Under the pieces are notes generated by a model. The model was given only the letters and a program-made list of their open reading frames with translations, did no database searches and was not told the origin of the DNA. A stretch of 64,000 nt of DNA from positions 6,368,001 to 6,432,000 of the forward strand of contig OY761556.1 in NCBI GenBank assembly GCA_963664705.1, read 5' to 3'. The number at the start of each line of letters is the position of its first letter. Within the stretch, counting starts at the first letter, position 1. Origin of the DNA: Acidobacteriota bacterium. Lineage in GTDB: Bacteria; Acidobacteriota; UBA6911. Both the position numbers and the translations under genes were made by a program. Positions 38,458 to 49,781 of this stretch are shown here, piece after piece.

Positions 38458-39831
38458 TCACGCCTCTGAACTTGACTGAGCCATATATTGAACAAAATGA
38501 TTCACGGCTTCCGGACATGAAGCAAAGTGAAGATGAATATAGCTGGCCAGGATATTCTTGTTTGTGAATCCTTCCCGAAATGTCTCTCCGGACCGCGTCA
38601 GCCTGACTGTGTAGGCGGTTACCCAGTTTGGAGGGTAAATCAGTTCGGAATAGTGATATTCATGGCCGCGCAGGATTTCCCCTTCCAATCCCCAAAACGT
38701 TAATGCGGCGAGTTGCACTTCAACATATCGGAGCGTTTTCAGTCTATTTCCTATGCGCACCCAGCTTGGCAGCAATCCGACCTGCGGATAGCGACTGCCG
38801 TCTTGCCGCTCTATTCCTTCGACGAGATACATTAGACCACCGCACTCCGCATAGATCGTGCCGGAGAAATTTCGAATCTGTTCCAATATCGGACCATTGG
38901 CAGAAAGCTCAGCGGCATGTTCCTCTGGATAGCCACCTCCAATGTAAAGCCCGTTCAGTCCATTGGGAAGTCGGGAATCGTGAATAGGCGAAAACTCCAC
39001 TAACTCGCAGCCAGCCTGCTCCAAGGCATCGAGATTGTCCGGATAATAGAAATGGAATGCTTCATCCCTGGCGATTCCTAATCTGCATCGTTTCGGCACA
39101 GGATGGATGTCCGGAAAAAGATCCGGTTGCGGAGGCACTGCTTGCGCCGCTTTCACAATGCTCTCTATATCCACCGTCGGGGCCAGGACATCCGCCAATC
39201 TCTCGATCAAATGGCTGGGGCTGCTATTTAAATTGGCGTTTACCAAACCAAGATGGCGACTCGATAATTCGGGAAGGCTTTCGCGCATCACAAAGCCCAG
39301 CATCTTTGTACGAGACTTTGATTCCACAGCTTCACGTAACCCGCGCGCATGGCTTTCCGAACCGCAACGATTGGCGATAACACCGACAATCTGAACACCA
39401 TGTTCGAAGGTCGAGTATCCATGCATGATTGCTGCAAGGCTACCCGCCAATCCGGATACATCCGTAACCAGGATTATGGGCGCATCCAGCCATTGTGCGA
39501 TTTGCGCAGTGCTTCCATCTAAGGAAACAGGATCGGCTCCATCAAATAGCCCCATGACTCCCTCAATAACGGCGATATCCGAATCTGCCGTTGCGCGGGA
39601 GAACAGGCGTTCTATGTATCTCCTGCCGGTCATCCAACTATCAAGGTTATAGCAGGGCCGGCCGGAGGCCATTGCGAGATAGGTTGGATCCAAATAGTCC
39701 GGCCCAACCTTGAAAGTTTGCACGCGCAATCCATTGCGCCGAAGCAGCGCCACAATTCCAAGCGTCAGTGACGTTTTGCCAACACCACTGTGAGTCCCCG
39801 CTATGACTATTCTGGGGATGTGCCGCATCAA
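38458..39831 (-). CDS. cbiA: Cobyrinate a,c-diamide synthase
   Basis: AGTHSGVGKT, FKVGPDYLDP, IEGVMGLFDG, SRHLGL, AFHFYY, GGGYPE and YAECGG motifs. Confidence 0.96.
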   Translation of the reverse strand: MMRHIPRIVIAGTHSGVGKTSLTLGIVALLRRNGLRVQTFKVGPDYLDPTYLAMASGRPCYNLDSWMTGRRYIERLFSRATADSDIAVIEGVMGLFDGADPVSLDGSTAQIAQWLDAPIILVTDVSGLAGSLAAIMHGYSTFEHGVQIVGVIANRCGSESHARGLREAVESKSRTKMLGFVMRESLPELSSRHLGLVNANLNSSPSHLIERLADVLAPTVDIESIVKAAQAVPPQPDLFPDIHPVPKRCRLGIARDEAFHFYYPDNLDALEQAGCELVEFSPIHDSRLPNGLNGLYIGGGYPEEHAAELSANGPILEQIRNFSGTIYAECGGLMYLVEGIERQDGSRYPQVGLLPSWVRIGNRLKTLRYVEVQLAALTFWGLEGEILRGHEYHYSELIYPPNWVTAYTVRLTRSGETFREGFTNKNILASYIHLHFASCPEAVNHFVQYMAQSSSEA

Positions 39832-40346
39832 TATTCAACTCCGCGCTGAGCCGTGTTCCCCTGCTGCAATGCATGCTTTACACAATGCATTTCGGTAACC
39901 GTGTCCGCTGCCTCAATCAAGCCTGGGCTCGCATGCCTGCCGGTCAGGATGATGCATGAAACCGTTGTTTCTTTTTTCAGAAGCTCCAATACTCGATCTT
40001 CTTCAATGAGCTTTTTGTGAACGGCAATACAAACTTCATCCAACACAATAAGGTCGTGTAATCCCGCACTCAGCGCTTTTTCAGCAAAGGTCATGGCATC
40101 GCTGGCCGTCTGGCAATGATCCTTGAATTGCGAATGGTTTGGGTTCGGAACGAAACCGCGCCCCATCTGTACAATCTCGACCCCGGCAAGAACCCTGCCG
40201 GCACCGGCTTCTCCAGTCTCGCCATCCGACTTGACAAACTGAATGACCAGGCACTTCTGGCCATGGCCGGCAGCGCGCAAAACGACTCCGAGCGCCGCCG
40301 TGGTTTTTCCTTTCCCATCACCGGTGAACAACAAAATGCGTTTCAT
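39828..40346 (-). CDS. btuR: Cob(I)yrinate a,c-diamide adenosyltransferase (CobA/BtuR/CobO)
   Basis: TGDGKGKTTAA, QFVK, LDE, LTGR and ADTVTEM...KH motifs. Confidence 0.95.
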   Translation of the reverse strand: MKRILLFTGDGKGKTTAALGVVLRAAGHGQKCLVIQFVKSDGETGEAGAGRVLAGVEIVQMGRGFVPNPNHSQFKDHCQTASDAMTFAEKALSAGLHDLIVLDEVCIAVHKKLIEEDRVLELLKKETTVSCIILTGRHASPGLIEAADTVTEMHCVKHALQQGNTAQRGVEY

Positions 40347-40372
40347 GCCGATTCCTCCAGAATAAGGCAAGT

Positions 40373-41317
40373 CTAGACGATTGCTGCGCGAACGCCGGCA
40401 AACAGCAGCAAGAACAGGATCGCGGTACCAAGCATTAATTGGTTGGCCGAGAGAATATCGCGTGTGTCGAGTGATCGCAGCGGATCGCCGAAATAATTTC
40501 CCTCATACCGCTCGCCGCCATAATAATTCACGCCTCCAAGTTGTACGCCCAATGCTCCGGCCACAGCTGCTTCCGATAATCCGGCATTGGGGCTGGCGTG
40601 CTTGCGCCCATCCCGCAAACAAATACGCAGACAATTCAGCGGCCGGAATCCCAGGATTGCGGCTGCTGCTGCAATCAAGGGAGCCGTTACCCTGGCCGGC
40701 AGATAATTCGCAACGTCATCCAATCTCGCGGAGGCCCATCCGAAATACAGGTATCGTTCGTCTTTGTAGCCGAATGTGGAGTCCAATGTGCTGACAGCCT
40801 TATACATCATTGCAGCAAGCGGGCCTCCCAGGATGGCAAAAAACAGCGGCGCAGTAATTCCATCCACAAGATTTTCCGCCACGCTCTCTACTGCGGCCCG
40901 TGAGACATCCCGCTCATTTAGTTGATCCGTGTCTCGTCCCACGAGCATGGAAACGCAGCGTCGCGCCTCCCCCAGATCTTTCTGCCTAAGAGCCCGATAG
41001 ACACGATAGCTGTGTTTCGCAAGATCCCTGGAAGCAAAGGTGGTATAAAGCAAAACGATGGACACGGCATTGCCGGCATAAGGATGCATCCGTGACGATC
41101 CCGAAATCAGGGCATATGTGATTAGGCCTGTAAGTCCGACAACCAGAGATGCCGCAGTAATTCCGGCTATACGCTCGTTTGGAATCATGCGTCGCAACGG
41201 CTTTTCCAATGTCACAGCGAACCTGCCGATCCATCTGACCGGATGAGGAAACCATCGCGGATCCCCGAGCAGAAGGTCTAATCCAAACGCCGCCAGTATC
41301 TGAATCTCGAGTCTCAT
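40373..41317 (-). CDS. cbiB: Adenosylcobinamide-phosphate synthase
   Basis: [31 protein letters not shown] and HASPNAG motifs. Confidence 0.96.
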   Translation of the reverse strand: MRLEIQILAAFGLDLLLGDPRWFPHPVRWIGRFAVTLEKPLRRMIPNERIAGITAASLVVGLTGLITYALISGSSRMHPYAGNAVSIVLLYTTFASRDLAKHSYRVYRALRQKDLGEARRCVSMLVGRDTDQLNERDVSRAAVESVAENLVDGITAPLFFAILGGPLAAMMYKAVSTLDSTFGYKDERYLYFGWASARLDDVANYLPARVTAPLIAAAAAILGFRPLNCLRICLRDGRKHASPNAGLSEAAVAGALGVQLGGVNYYGGERYEGNYFGDPLRSLDTRDILSANQLMLGTAILFLLLFAGVRAAIV

Positions 41318-43848
41318 CGCAATCCCATCAGCCGATAGATTTCATCTACGCGAATGCTTTTGCGCACCACTTCGGCCAATCGGTCAAGCGCCGGCTCCAG
41401 GTTATAGGGAGCGCATATTTTTCCCAAAGGCGCAAGTCGCCGGCGCTTTCGTAACCGATCGATGAACCAGCGGCGAAACCCATCTGCATCGAAGATGCCG
41501 TGGAGATACGTTCCCCAGATGAGATCTGTTCCGCTACCGATAATCGCGCCATCAGGACGGACTACAACAGACGGAAGACTGTCTCCATTACTTAGGCCGT
41601 GATGAATCTCATAGCCATGTACGCTGTGCCCAGAGCAGTGTGTGGCAGCAGAGCGCACCAGCGTTTTTTCTGCAGCCATGGTCGTCGTAAGTTCCAACAG
41701 TCTCAGTCCCTGAGTCTCTTTGCGAGTTGATTCAATGCCGGCAGGATCGCTAATTCTTGTCCCCATCATCTGATATCCGCCGCAAATTCCTACAATTTCC
41801 ACAGTCTGCGCCTGTCGCAGTATTGCCTTATCTATGCCGCTTTGCCGCAGGCACGCCAGATCTTCGAGAACATTCTTGCTTCCAGGCAGAATAATGGCAT
41901 CCGGAGATCCAAGATCGCACGGAGACCGCACTACTCGAACGGTTACGTCCGGTTCATTTCGCAGAGCATCAAAATCGGTAAAGTTTGAAATATGCGGAAG
42001 ATCAATTAGGGCGATGTCGACACCTTCCGTCAGATCTCGTTCCTGAGCTGTCGACGTGCCTTTGAATGTTACGGAGTCCTCCTCAGGCAAACCGAGCTGA
42101 GAAATAAAGGGAACAACTCCATACACCATCTTCCCGGTATGACGTTCGGTATATTCGTGAGCCTCCCGAAGCAGGGATTCTCTGCCTCGAAAGCGATTCA
42201 CGACAAATCCTGCAACCAGAGCTCGTTCCCATTCCTCCAGCACTTCCATCGTACCTACAAATGATGCATATACGCCGCCGCGATCGATGTCGCCGACCAG
42301 GAGCACCGGTGCTTGGGCATAGCGCGCCATGCTCATGTTCACAATATCGTGGCTCTTGAGATTGACTTCCGCCGGGCTGCCCGCACCTTCCAGAACTATT
42401 GCATCATATTCTTCCGACAGACTGTCGTAGGCCTCCTGGGCGGCACGGAATGCCTCCGGTTTGAAACGGATATATTCTTCCACACTCATATGGTCCACAG
42501 GCTTGCCGCAGACAATCACCTGGCATCCAACATCGGAACTGGGCTTCAATAGAACCGGATTCATTTGGGCTTCAGGCTCGATATGGCAGGCCTGAGCCTG
42601 AACAACCTGCGCACGGCCCATTTCTCCTCCATCCTGCGTTACATAGGAGTTGAGCGACATGTTCTGCGATTTGAATGGAGCCACGCGGTATCCATCCTGC
42701 AGCAAAATCCGGCATAGGGCGGTGGTCAGGATGCTCTTACCGGCATTCGAACTTGTTCCTTGAAACATGACCGCCGGCCTTTTCGCCATTTTCCGTCTGG
42801 TCTTGCGACTTCCCAGGCACTCACACAGCCGCACATTTTCCGACTCGGTCCGGACCGCAATTCTGAAAAAGCGGTCATCCAGCCCCTTGAAATCACTGCA
42901 GGTCCGGATTGCAATGCCTTGATCCAATAGTTGCTGAGCAAGCGTGGAGGCATCCAGCCCCGGACGGTCAATGCGTATCAGCAGGAAATTTGCATGTCCC
43001 GGAAAGACTGTGAAGCCTCCCAAGGTTTTTATTCCCCGCATAAGGAGATCCCGCTGCCGGGTCACATACTCTCGCGTCCTGCGCAAATACTCGGAATCGT
43101 TTAGCGCGGCCACTCCTACTGCTTGCGCCAGGGAGTTCACCGACCATGGAGCCTGGACTTCACGAAGTCGGCCAATAACGGAGGCATCAGCGATCGCGCA
43201 TCCCAATCGAAGACCGGGAATGGCGAAGATTTTGGTCAGTGAAAGAAGAACAATAATATTGTTAGGACGATTCCGGGTTAGCCGGTCCATACCATCAACA
43301 AAATCAGCAAAAGCCTCATCGACAACAAAGATCGTGGAGGGATTGCGCTCAGCCAATCGCCGAATTGTTTCGGCATCACAGATCGTGCCTGTCGGATTGT
43401 TCGGTTGCCCTAAAAAAACAAGATCCTCGCCTTGCAGCACGGAACCAAGCTCTTCCACATCGAGTGCAAAATCATTGACCTCCGCGAGCGGAAAATGATC
43501 CACCTGCTTGCCCGATATCGTGCAGGCACGTACGTAATCGGTGTAGGAAGGGACAGGCACGACGCACCGCCTGCCGTACAAACGGGGAATCAAATAAAGA
43601 ATTTCGCTCGAACCATTCCCAATGATAATTTCATTCAATCCGGCGCCATAGCGCTTTGCCACAGCATCAAGAAGAATCAGGCACTCAGGATCAGGATAAT
43701 GCACCAGTGTGCTGATCTTGGAACTGATTAGAGGCCGCAACCATTCCGGTGGTCCCAAAGGATTCAAGTTAGCGGAAAAATCGAGTATTTCTTTTTCCGA
43801 CTTTCCTGTAGATTGAGCCAACAAGCGCAGATTCCCGCCGTGCATCAT
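41314..43848 (-). CDS. cbiP: Fusion of threonine-phosphate decarboxylase (CobD) and cobyric acid synthase (CbiP/CobQ)
   Basis: N-terminal HGGN...[12 protein letters not shown]...PNNPTG...[14 protein letters not shown]; C-terminal [39 protein letters not shown] and GTYLHG. Start overlaps the cobS stop (ATGA). Confidence 0.93.
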   Translation of the reverse strand: MMHGGNLRLLAQSTGKSEKEILDFSANLNPLGPPEWLRPLISSKISTLVHYPDPECLILLDAVAKRYGAGLNEIIIGNGSSEILYLIPRLYGRRCVVPVPSYTDYVRACTISGKQVDHFPLAEVNDFALDVEELGSVLQGEDLVFLGQPNNPTGTICDAETIRRLAERNPSTIFVVDEAFADFVDGMDRLTRNRPNNIIVLLSLTKIFAIPGLRLGCAIADASVIGRLREVQAPWSVNSLAQAVGVAALNDSEYLRRTREYVTRQRDLLMRGIKTLGGFTVFPGHANFLLIRIDRPGLDASTLAQQLLDQGIAIRTCSDFKGLDDRFFRIAVRTESENVRLCECLGSRKTRRKMAKRPAVMFQGTSSNAGKSILTTALCRILLQDGYRVAPFKSQNMSLNSYVTQDGGEMGRAQVVQAQACHIEPEAQMNPVLLKPSSDVGCQVIVCGKPVDHMSVEEYIRFKPEAFRAAQEAYDSLSEEYDAIVLEGAGSPAEVNLKSHDIVNMSMARYAQAPVLLVGDIDRGGVYASFVGTMEVLEEWERALVAGFVVNRFRGRESLLREAHEYTERHTGKMVYGVVPFISQLGLPEEDSVTFKGTSTAQERDLTEGVDIALIDLPHISNFTDFDALRNEPDVTVRVVRSPCDLGSPDAIILPGSKNVLEDLACLRQSGIDKAILRQAQTVEIVGICGGYQMMGTRISDPAGIESTRKETQGLRLLELTTTMAAEKTLVRSAATHCSGHSVHGYEIHHGLSNGDSLPSVVVRPDGAIIGSGTDLIWGTYLHGIFDADGFRRWFIDRLRKRRRLAPLGKICAPYNLEPALDRLAEVVRKSIRVDEIYRLMGLR

Positions 43849-44588
43849 GCTCTCCACCCCCAGGATGCACAAATCAACGCTGGCAGGATTTCGGTTATCT
43901 CGCAGACAGCTCCGAGCGTGTCTCCTGTAAATCCGCCTATTTTTTTGCGGCACCAAAGTGAAAAAACAATTGTCATCAGGAAAACTATTCCAGCAATCAC
44001 TAGTCCAGGAATATTCATTACAAACCATGCAGCGACTGACAGAATCGATAATGCAGCAATCAGAGCCGGCCAACCCGGCCGCCCAAACACTGTGACTAAT
44101 CCTCCTTGAGTGCGGGCATAGGGAACGGCCTTCATGCCAAGCACCAAGGCGCATCGTCCGGCCAAAGGCATCAACAGAACCGCGCGCCAATGCAATAGTC
44201 CGGGCACTGAGGCCAAAGCGGAAATTTTCAGCGCCAGTACGCAGACGATGGCAATAACACCCATCGGCCCCACATGGCTGTCTCTCATAATCTCCAGAAT
44301 TCGTTCTCTGGGTCTGGAACTTAAAAAACCGTCTGCGGTATCCGCCAGCCCATCCATGTGAAAACAACCCGACACAGCCAGCATCAGGATAACCATGACG
44401 ACGTTTGCCGGAAGCGGCGGGAATAATCGGCAAACTCCGCAATCCAGGACAGCCAGCACTCCCCCGAGAATCAAGCCTACGACAGGAAAGAAAAGAACGC
44501 TCTGCCGCAGTTCTTTCTCACCGACTTGAAAACGAGAAGAGACGGGGAAAATGGTCAAAAATTGAATGGCGGCAAGCAGAGGTTTCAT
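43845..44588 (-). CDS. cobS: Cobalamin synthase
   Basis: [25 protein letters not shown] and [10 protein letters not shown] motifs. Confidence 0.96.
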   Translation of the reverse strand: MKPLLAAIQFLTIFPVSSRFQVGEKELRQSVLFFPVVGLILGGVLAVLDCGVCRLFPPLPANVVMVILMLAVSGCFHMDGLADTADGFLSSRPRERILEIMRDSHVGPMGVIAIVCVLALKISALASVPGLLHWRAVLLMPLAGRCALVLGMKAVPYARTQGGLVTVFGRPGWPALIAALSILSVAAWFVMNIPGLVIAGIVFLMTIVFSLWCRKKIGGFTGDTLGAVCEITEILPALICASWGWRA

Positions 44589-45649
44589 TTGTTCTCCTTC
44601 GAAACAGCAGCCTCTTCAAAGGAAGCTACTTCGGTGAGAACGTGCACTGCCGCTTCCACAATGTGCATGGCGAGCGCTGCGCCGGTTCCTTCGCCAAGAC
44701 GCAGGTTCAGATCAAGGAGCGGTTCTTTGTTTATATGCTGCAGAGCCCGGCGATGTCCTTGCTCAACGCTTCGATGGGCGGCAATGGCATATTCCATGCA
44801 ATTGGGCTGCAGGGTGTGCGCGATCAATGCCCCTGCGGTGGAAATCAAGCCATCTACCAAAACAGGTTTCTTCATGGAGGCAACTCCGAGAATTAGGCCC
44901 GCAATGCCGCCGATTTCGTAGCCTCCCACTTTTGAAAGCAGATCAATGGCATCGGAGGGATCTGGCCGATTTACCTGCAGAGCCTTTTCGATGATGGCTA
45001 CCTTATGTTTAAACTGCGCTTCGTCAATGCCGGTTCCATGCCCGGTAGCTTCGGCCACACTGCATCCGGTAATGGAGGCGATGATAGCGCTGCTGGACGT
45101 GGTATTGCCGATCCCCATATCTCCGGTTGCGTAGAGGTCGGTGCTTGAAGAAAGCTCGCGCGCCACAGCAATGCCGGCTTCGAGAGATTGTATTGCCTCT
45201 TCCCTGGACATCGCGGGCCCCTGCGCCATATTCCTGGTGCCGGCGCCAATCCGATGAGAAAGAATCTTGCCCGACGCCACGAGAGAGCGCAGGTCTCCTG
45301 CCACACCCATATCTACCACCACAACGCGTGCATTCGCCTGGCGCGCCAGCGCATTAATGCCTGCCCCCCCAGCTACAAAGTTTTGAACCATCTGCGTGGT
45401 AACTTCCTGCGGATATTTGCTGACGCCTTCGGTCGCTACCCCATGATCACCCGCCATTGTCACAATGGTCCGCCGCGAGACAGAAGGGTGTATAGAGCGC
45501 GTCATGCCCGCCAAATCCTCTGCAAGGTCCATAAGCCGGCCCAGCGCCCAGTATGGTATTGCCAGCTGTTCTAGTCGCGCATGGGCGGCCGCGCGCGTGG
45601 CAGAATCCTGTGGCTCAATTTGATCAAGAGTCGAAGAAAGAAGTTTCAT
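44585..45649 (-). CDS. cobT: Nicotinate-nucleotide--dimethylbenzimidazole phosphoribosyltransferase
   Basis: AGDHGV, GGAGIN, GDMGIGNTT, GGYEI and LRLGEGTGA motifs. Confidence 0.96.
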   Translation of the reverse strand: MKLLSSTLDQIEPQDSATRAAAHARLEQLAIPYWALGRLMDLAEDLAGMTRSIHPSVSRRTIVTMAGDHGVATEGVSKYPQEVTTQMVQNFVAGGAGINALARQANARVVVVDMGVAGDLRSLVASGKILSHRIGAGTRNMAQGPAMSREEAIQSLEAGIAVARELSSSTDLYATGDMGIGNTTSSSAIIASITGCSVAEATGHGTGIDEAQFKHKVAIIEKALQVNRPDPSDAIDLLSKVGGYEIGGIAGLILGVASMKKPVLVDGLISTAGALIAHTLQPNCMEYAIAAHRSVEQGHRRALQHINKEPLLDLNLRLGEGTGAALAMHIVEAAVHVLTEVASFEEAAVSKENK

Positions 45650-45659
45650 TGCACAACTC

Positions 45660-46214
45660 CTATAAAGAATCTGTAAGCTGCTTGATTTCGATCGGCTGCC
45701 CGGACACCAGGAGAACTACGCGCATGCTCGCTTCAGCGATTATCTGATTGCATCTGCCGACGAGATCGCGATAAAGACGCGACAACGCGTTTTCAGGAAT
45801 GAGTCCCATCCCTATTTCGTTGGTTACAAAAATGACTGTACCCGGATGCGCTTTACATGCGGTCACGAGGCTATTGCACTCTTCGGCGATATCAGTTTCG
45901 GATATTCCCCTGCCGTTTTGTTCTGCCTGATACAAAAGGTTGTTAACCCAGAGCGTAAGGCAATCGACCAGGATTGTCGGAAACTCATGGTTATTATCAA
46001 TAACCTTTGCAGCATCCAGCGACTCCTCGATGGTATGCCATCGCTTCTGACACCGGGCATCCTGATGTTTCCGGATGCGCTCGCGCATCTCTTCATCAAT
46101 TGGCGGACATGTTGCCAGAAAGGCACGAGGTTCCGGCAGTGTCTCCGCCAACTTCTGGGCATAGGTGCTTTTGCCGCTTCGACCACCGCCGGTTATGAGA
46201 ATAATGTGTCCCAT
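45660..46214 (-). CDS. cobU: Adenosylcobinamide kinase/guanylyltransferase
   Basis: ITGGGRSGKS, EMRERIRKH, VDCLTLW and VTNEIGMG...YRD motifs. Confidence 0.96.
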   Translation of the reverse strand: MGHIILITGGGRSGKSTYAQKLAETLPEPRAFLATCPPIDEEMRERIRKHQDARCQKRWHTIEESLDAAKVIDNNHEFPTILVDCLTLWVNNLLYQAEQNGRGISETDIAEECNSLVTACKAHPGTVIFVTNEIGMGLIPENALSRLYRDLVGRCNQIIAEASMRVVLLVSGQPIEIKQLTDSL

Positions 46215-46819
46215 GACGTTGTGTCCTCGCTGAAACATGAATGGTTGAGACCGGTCAAGACGCCTTTGCCGCCGAAGAGATCCAGAATGGTCAGCGATGC
46301 GTAGTCCACATTGAAAAGGACGTATTGCCGGGGATGAAGCCCGAGAAAATGACAGAGCAGTGCGCGGATAACGCCCGCGTGTGTAACGGCAAGAATCGTC
46401 TCTTCGGGACAGGAAACGAATGTGGATGCGGCCCGTTGAATGCGGATCAAAAAATCTTCAAGCCGCTCGCCACCGGGAAATGAAAATGCCGGACTAAAGT
46501 CCGCCCATTGATTTACGGTCTCCGGATCTGATTGCTGAATTTCGTCAAACGTTTTCCTCTCCCAAGAGCCGAAATCCACTTCTCTCAGGTCCGCATTAAT
46601 TTCGGTCGATATTCCCTGCAATGGCTGAATGGTTTCAAGGCAACGCTTAAGCGGGCTGCATAAGCAGCGACCCGGCCGATACCTTCTGATAAGAGAGATA
46701 AGAGATGCAGCTTGCCTGCGTCCATGTTCCGAGAGGCCTATATCAGTAGAACCGATGAATTGATGAAGATGCGCCGCTTCGTGTTCGGCATGCCGCAGAA
46801 GCAAGAGTTTCTTTTTCAT
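46193..46819 (-). CDS. cobC: Histidine phosphatase, probable alpha-ribazole/adenosylcobalamin-phosphate phosphatase
   Basis: LRH, SPLKRC, LREVDFGSWE, PGGE and VTHAGVIR motifs; cob operon context. Confidence 0.85.
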   Translation of the reverse strand: MKKKLLLLRHAEHEAAHLHQFIGSTDIGLSEHGRRQAASLISLIRRYRPGRCLCSPLKRCLETIQPLQGISTEINADLREVDFGSWERKTFDEIQQSDPETVNQWADFSPAFSFPGGERLEDFLIRIQRAASTFVSCPEETILAVTHAGVIRALLCHFLGLHPRQYVLFNVDYASLTILDLFGGKGVLTGLNHSCFSEDTTSWDTLFS

Positions 46820-46844
46820 TTCTTTATTCAAGGATGAAAACACG

Positions 46845-47573
46845 TCAATCCTGCGCGCGCCGGATAACAAATAAGGATAGGGTTACGAACATAACAGTAA
46901 GAATCACAAGGTAAATAAGAGCAACCCAAGGCATCGGCTGGCCTGCGGCCGCAGCCCGAATCACCTGGGATGCCGGCGTCAGTGGCAAGATCTTAATGAA
47001 CCACCGCAGCCAGGAAGGATAGGTGTCCACGGGGAAAAAAGTGCCGCAGAGAAAAGCCATAGGTGTAATAACAAAACTGGTCAGCATTCCTTGATCCGCA
47101 TGGGATCGAGCAAGCATTGCAGTACTGATCGCAAGAGCCGAAAAAACCGTTGTTGTCATAATGATCCCCAATAGCAGCACAGGAGATGGCGAGATAGGCA
47201 CGCGAAACAGAAGACCTATCAGGACAACGATAGACGCGGCAATAAATCCCCGTACAATTCCACTAACAATCTCCCCCACCACGTAAGCCCAATCGGCCAC
47301 CGGAGCCGTGCGAATCTCATCGAAGGTTTTCCAGTAGAAACGAGCAATATTGATCTCAGTTGAAAGGCCATAGCTGTTGATCATGGCGCTCATGGCGATG
47401 AGGCCGGGAAGAATAAAAAGGCTGTAATCAGTCCTTTCCGCCGAGCCCTTTCCGCCCCATCCAAAGGTGATGAAATAAAGCAGGGGCGATATGGTGAAGG
47501 AGAAGAAGTATCGCCAAAACTTCCGCTTAAGAATGATGAGTTCGCGCAACATGACTGCCAGCACCTGATGCAT
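46845..47573 (-). CDS. ABC-2 type permease (NodJ-like)
   Basis: YSLFILPGLIAM and ITPMAFLCGTFFP...LPLT motifs. Confidence 0.88.
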   Translation of the reverse strand: MHQVLAVMLRELIILKRKFWRYFFSFTISPLLYFITFGWGGKGSAERTDYSLFILPGLIAMSAMINSYGLSTEINIARFYWKTFDEIRTAPVADWAYVVGEIVSGIVRGFIAASIVVLIGLLFRVPISPSPVLLLGIIMTTTVFSALAISTAMLARSHADQGMLTSFVITPMAFLCGTFFPVDTYPSWLRWFIKILPLTPASQVIRAAAAGQPMPWVALIYLVILTVMFVTLSLFVIRRAQD

Positions 47574-48434
47574 GTGCGATATCTCCTTCCTGTTGGTTCG
47601 GATTGACACGACGTCCGGTAAGCTTAATGAAAATATCTTCCAGATTTGCGTGACGGATTGTCGCCCGCACATCATGTTTTGACAGGAATTCTGCGGCTGC
47701 ATCCCGGTTATCAAAGAACAGAGTCTTCGTTCCTGTTGAGTTCAAGTAATCAACGACCACTGTTCCCACGGATGCGATCAAGGTCTGCGGGCTTCCCTGG
47801 GCAATTACGTGTCCCCGATCAATGATGACCACGTGGTCAGCCAACATTTCTGCCTCTTCAATATAGTGAGTGGTGAGAACGATCGTGCATCCTTCAACTC
47901 GCAGACGCCGGATCAAGTCCAGACTCTACGGCGCGCATGCGCATCGAGGCCTACGGTCGGTTCATCCAGAAGCAGAACGCGGGGACGGTGCATCATGGCG
48001 CGGGCAATCGAGAGGCGCCTCTTCATCCCGCCAGAATAGGTCGACACTCTTCTGCCGGCTTGTTCGACAAGCTCGGAGAACTCCAGCATTTCTTTAATCC
48101 GGACGGTCAGGTCGCTTCGCTCCATGCCATAGAGCATGCCGTGAATCCGGAGGCTCTCTTCGCCTGTCAGCTCCGGATCAAAATTGAGTGTTTGATGTAC
48201 GACTCCAATCTGTTGCTTCACTTTCAACGGCTGGATGGCTACGTTGTGCCCGTCAACAGTAACCGAGCCCCTGGTTGGCTTTGTCAATGTTGACAGTATG
48301 CGAACGGTGGTTGTTTTGCCGGCTCCATTGGGGCCGAGCAAGCCGTGAACTTTGCCTGCGGAGAGATGCAGCGACAAATTATCCACCGCGATCAAACTTC
48401 CATATTGTTTGGTTAATCCGTCAAAATGAATCAT
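47527..48434 (-). pseudogene. ABC exporter ATPase (NodI/DrrA-like) with a 1-bp frameshift near 47920
   Basis: GPNGAGKT, YSGGMKRR and LDEPT in one frame; LIRRL...LTTHYIEEA in the next. Adding one G (TGG GAC TTG) restores RRRVWDLIRRL. May be a sequencing error. Confidence 0.8.
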
Positions 48435-48470
48435 AGGATGTGCACGCTTTCTTCCTCTGCGGTCAGATTT

Positions 48471-49781
48471 TCATGTCCAGAGAACCCATCGGACTTCCCG
48501 AAGTATGGACTCAACAAGCCATGCGCCGCCCAGAGTCCCCAGCATTGATTTCGGCACAATATCGATTACTCGTCCTGAGGGGAACGCGACCTCGATCCCT
48601 CCGCATTTGTTACCGAATCGGGCTTGGAGTACTTCCTGACCGTCTGCAAACAGAATCTCCGGATCCGCCATGCGCCAGGGCTTTTGCCAGACATCCCCAC
48701 ATCCTATGCCTTCGAGCCACGTTTTGAGTTTTGCTGCCGCATCCGTAGAATAGAAATCAGGCGTTTCCACAGAAACAGGCAGCATTCCAAGATATTGGAA
48801 TAACCATTGAGCAAGAGGCAGCGCGAATGAAGGATCCGACTGTACCGCAAACGTTGTTCCTTTGAGAGCCTCCGTGTAACTCGAAGCTCGATCGATCATT
48901 CTCGAAACCTGACGCCTGCGATCCTGAATGTCGCTAATTGCAGGTGTTGGATCTGAGTGTACTGCATGAGCAACAGCGGTGATCCATTCCATCGTTGCGG
49001 AAAAGCCGACAGGAGCTCCTGAATTGCTTGCTGCTATCATGCCGCCATATTGGCGCTCCAGCCATGGCACCACACAATCGGCATATTCATCGTGTATGAC
49101 TGCATAGCAGGAGGCTTGCGGGATCCGCTGATATTCATCTGTGGCGCTTCCCGCTCCAATGGCACAGAGGACTTCAATCCCGCATAATTCAAGAAGACGC
49201 CGCAATTCTTCAATGCTTCCAGACCAGTATTGGTGGGCAATCGATAAGCCGACCAGCACGACAGTTTTAGGAATGTGCGGTTGAGGTTTCGGGGACAGGG
49301 CCTCAAGAATTGAAATCACCCCCTGCTGATAACCTGCGGCAAAAGGATGGGAGAGCATCGGCATCTCGATTGTCGCGCAGGGGGTGAAAGGCGCTGCTTC
49401 AGTGGCACATCTTTTGAGATCATCTCCTATGAGGGCAGCTCCTGGAGAGTTTATTACTGTAACCAAAGCGGCATTATGTTTCGCAACCAATGCAATTGCC
49501 TGGGTCAGTTTTTCTCTTCCTCCAAAAACATAGTCGTCTCCATCCAGATATGTTGTGGGGATACGCGATTGACTGAAGTAGAAACGTTCTGCGTAATTCA
49601 GTTGTTTGCCGGCATCAAGCCGGGGAAAAAAACGATCAGACATCGCACCGTGGAGCCCCCGGCATCCTGTGGGGCCATGGAGAATCACAGCGCCGTCCCG
49701 CACGCTCTCGCAGGCTAGCAGTGCGCCGCTGAATCCGTCAGGTATGCGTGAATTCCCGCCATGTTTAGGACAAATCATCAC
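48471..49781 (-). CDS. Nitrogenase component-1-like subunit (NifK/BchZ-like)
   Basis: ILHGPTGC, PTTYLD..DYVFGG..KL, ALIGDDL and PVGF..T..W motifs; only one of the three canonical cluster Cys is retained. Confidence 0.85.
   Translation of the reverse strand: MMICPKHGGNSRIPDGFSGALLACESVRDGAVILHGPTGCRGLHGAMSDRFFPRLDAGKQLNYAERFYFSQSRIPTTYLDGDDYVFGGREKLTQAIALVAKHNAALVTVINSPGAALIGDDLKRCATEAAPFTPCATIEMPMLSHPFAAGYQQGVISILEALSPKPQPHIPKTVVLVGLSIAHQYWSGSIEELRRLLELCGIEVLCAIGAGSATDEYQRIPQASCYAVIHDEYADCVVPWLERQYGGMIAASNSGAPVGFSATMEWITAVAHAVHSDPTPAISDIQDRRRQVSRMIDRASSYTEALKGTTFAVQSDPSFALPLAQWLFQYLGMLPVSVETPDFYSTDAAAKLKTWLEGIGCGDVWQKPWRMADPEILFADGQEVLQARFGNKCGGIEVAFPSGRVIDIVPKSMLGTLGGAWLVESILREVRWVLWT

Noticed and set aside
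43849-44442. N-terminal extensions in the ORF track (1042-aa CobD-CbiP, 345-aa ParA, 506-aa BtuD, 508-aa TolC, 313-aa TonB, 250-aa DUF6088)
   Set aside because: The extensions overlap neighbouring genes, RNA elements or operators; downstream starts with RBS or stop-start coupling fit better.
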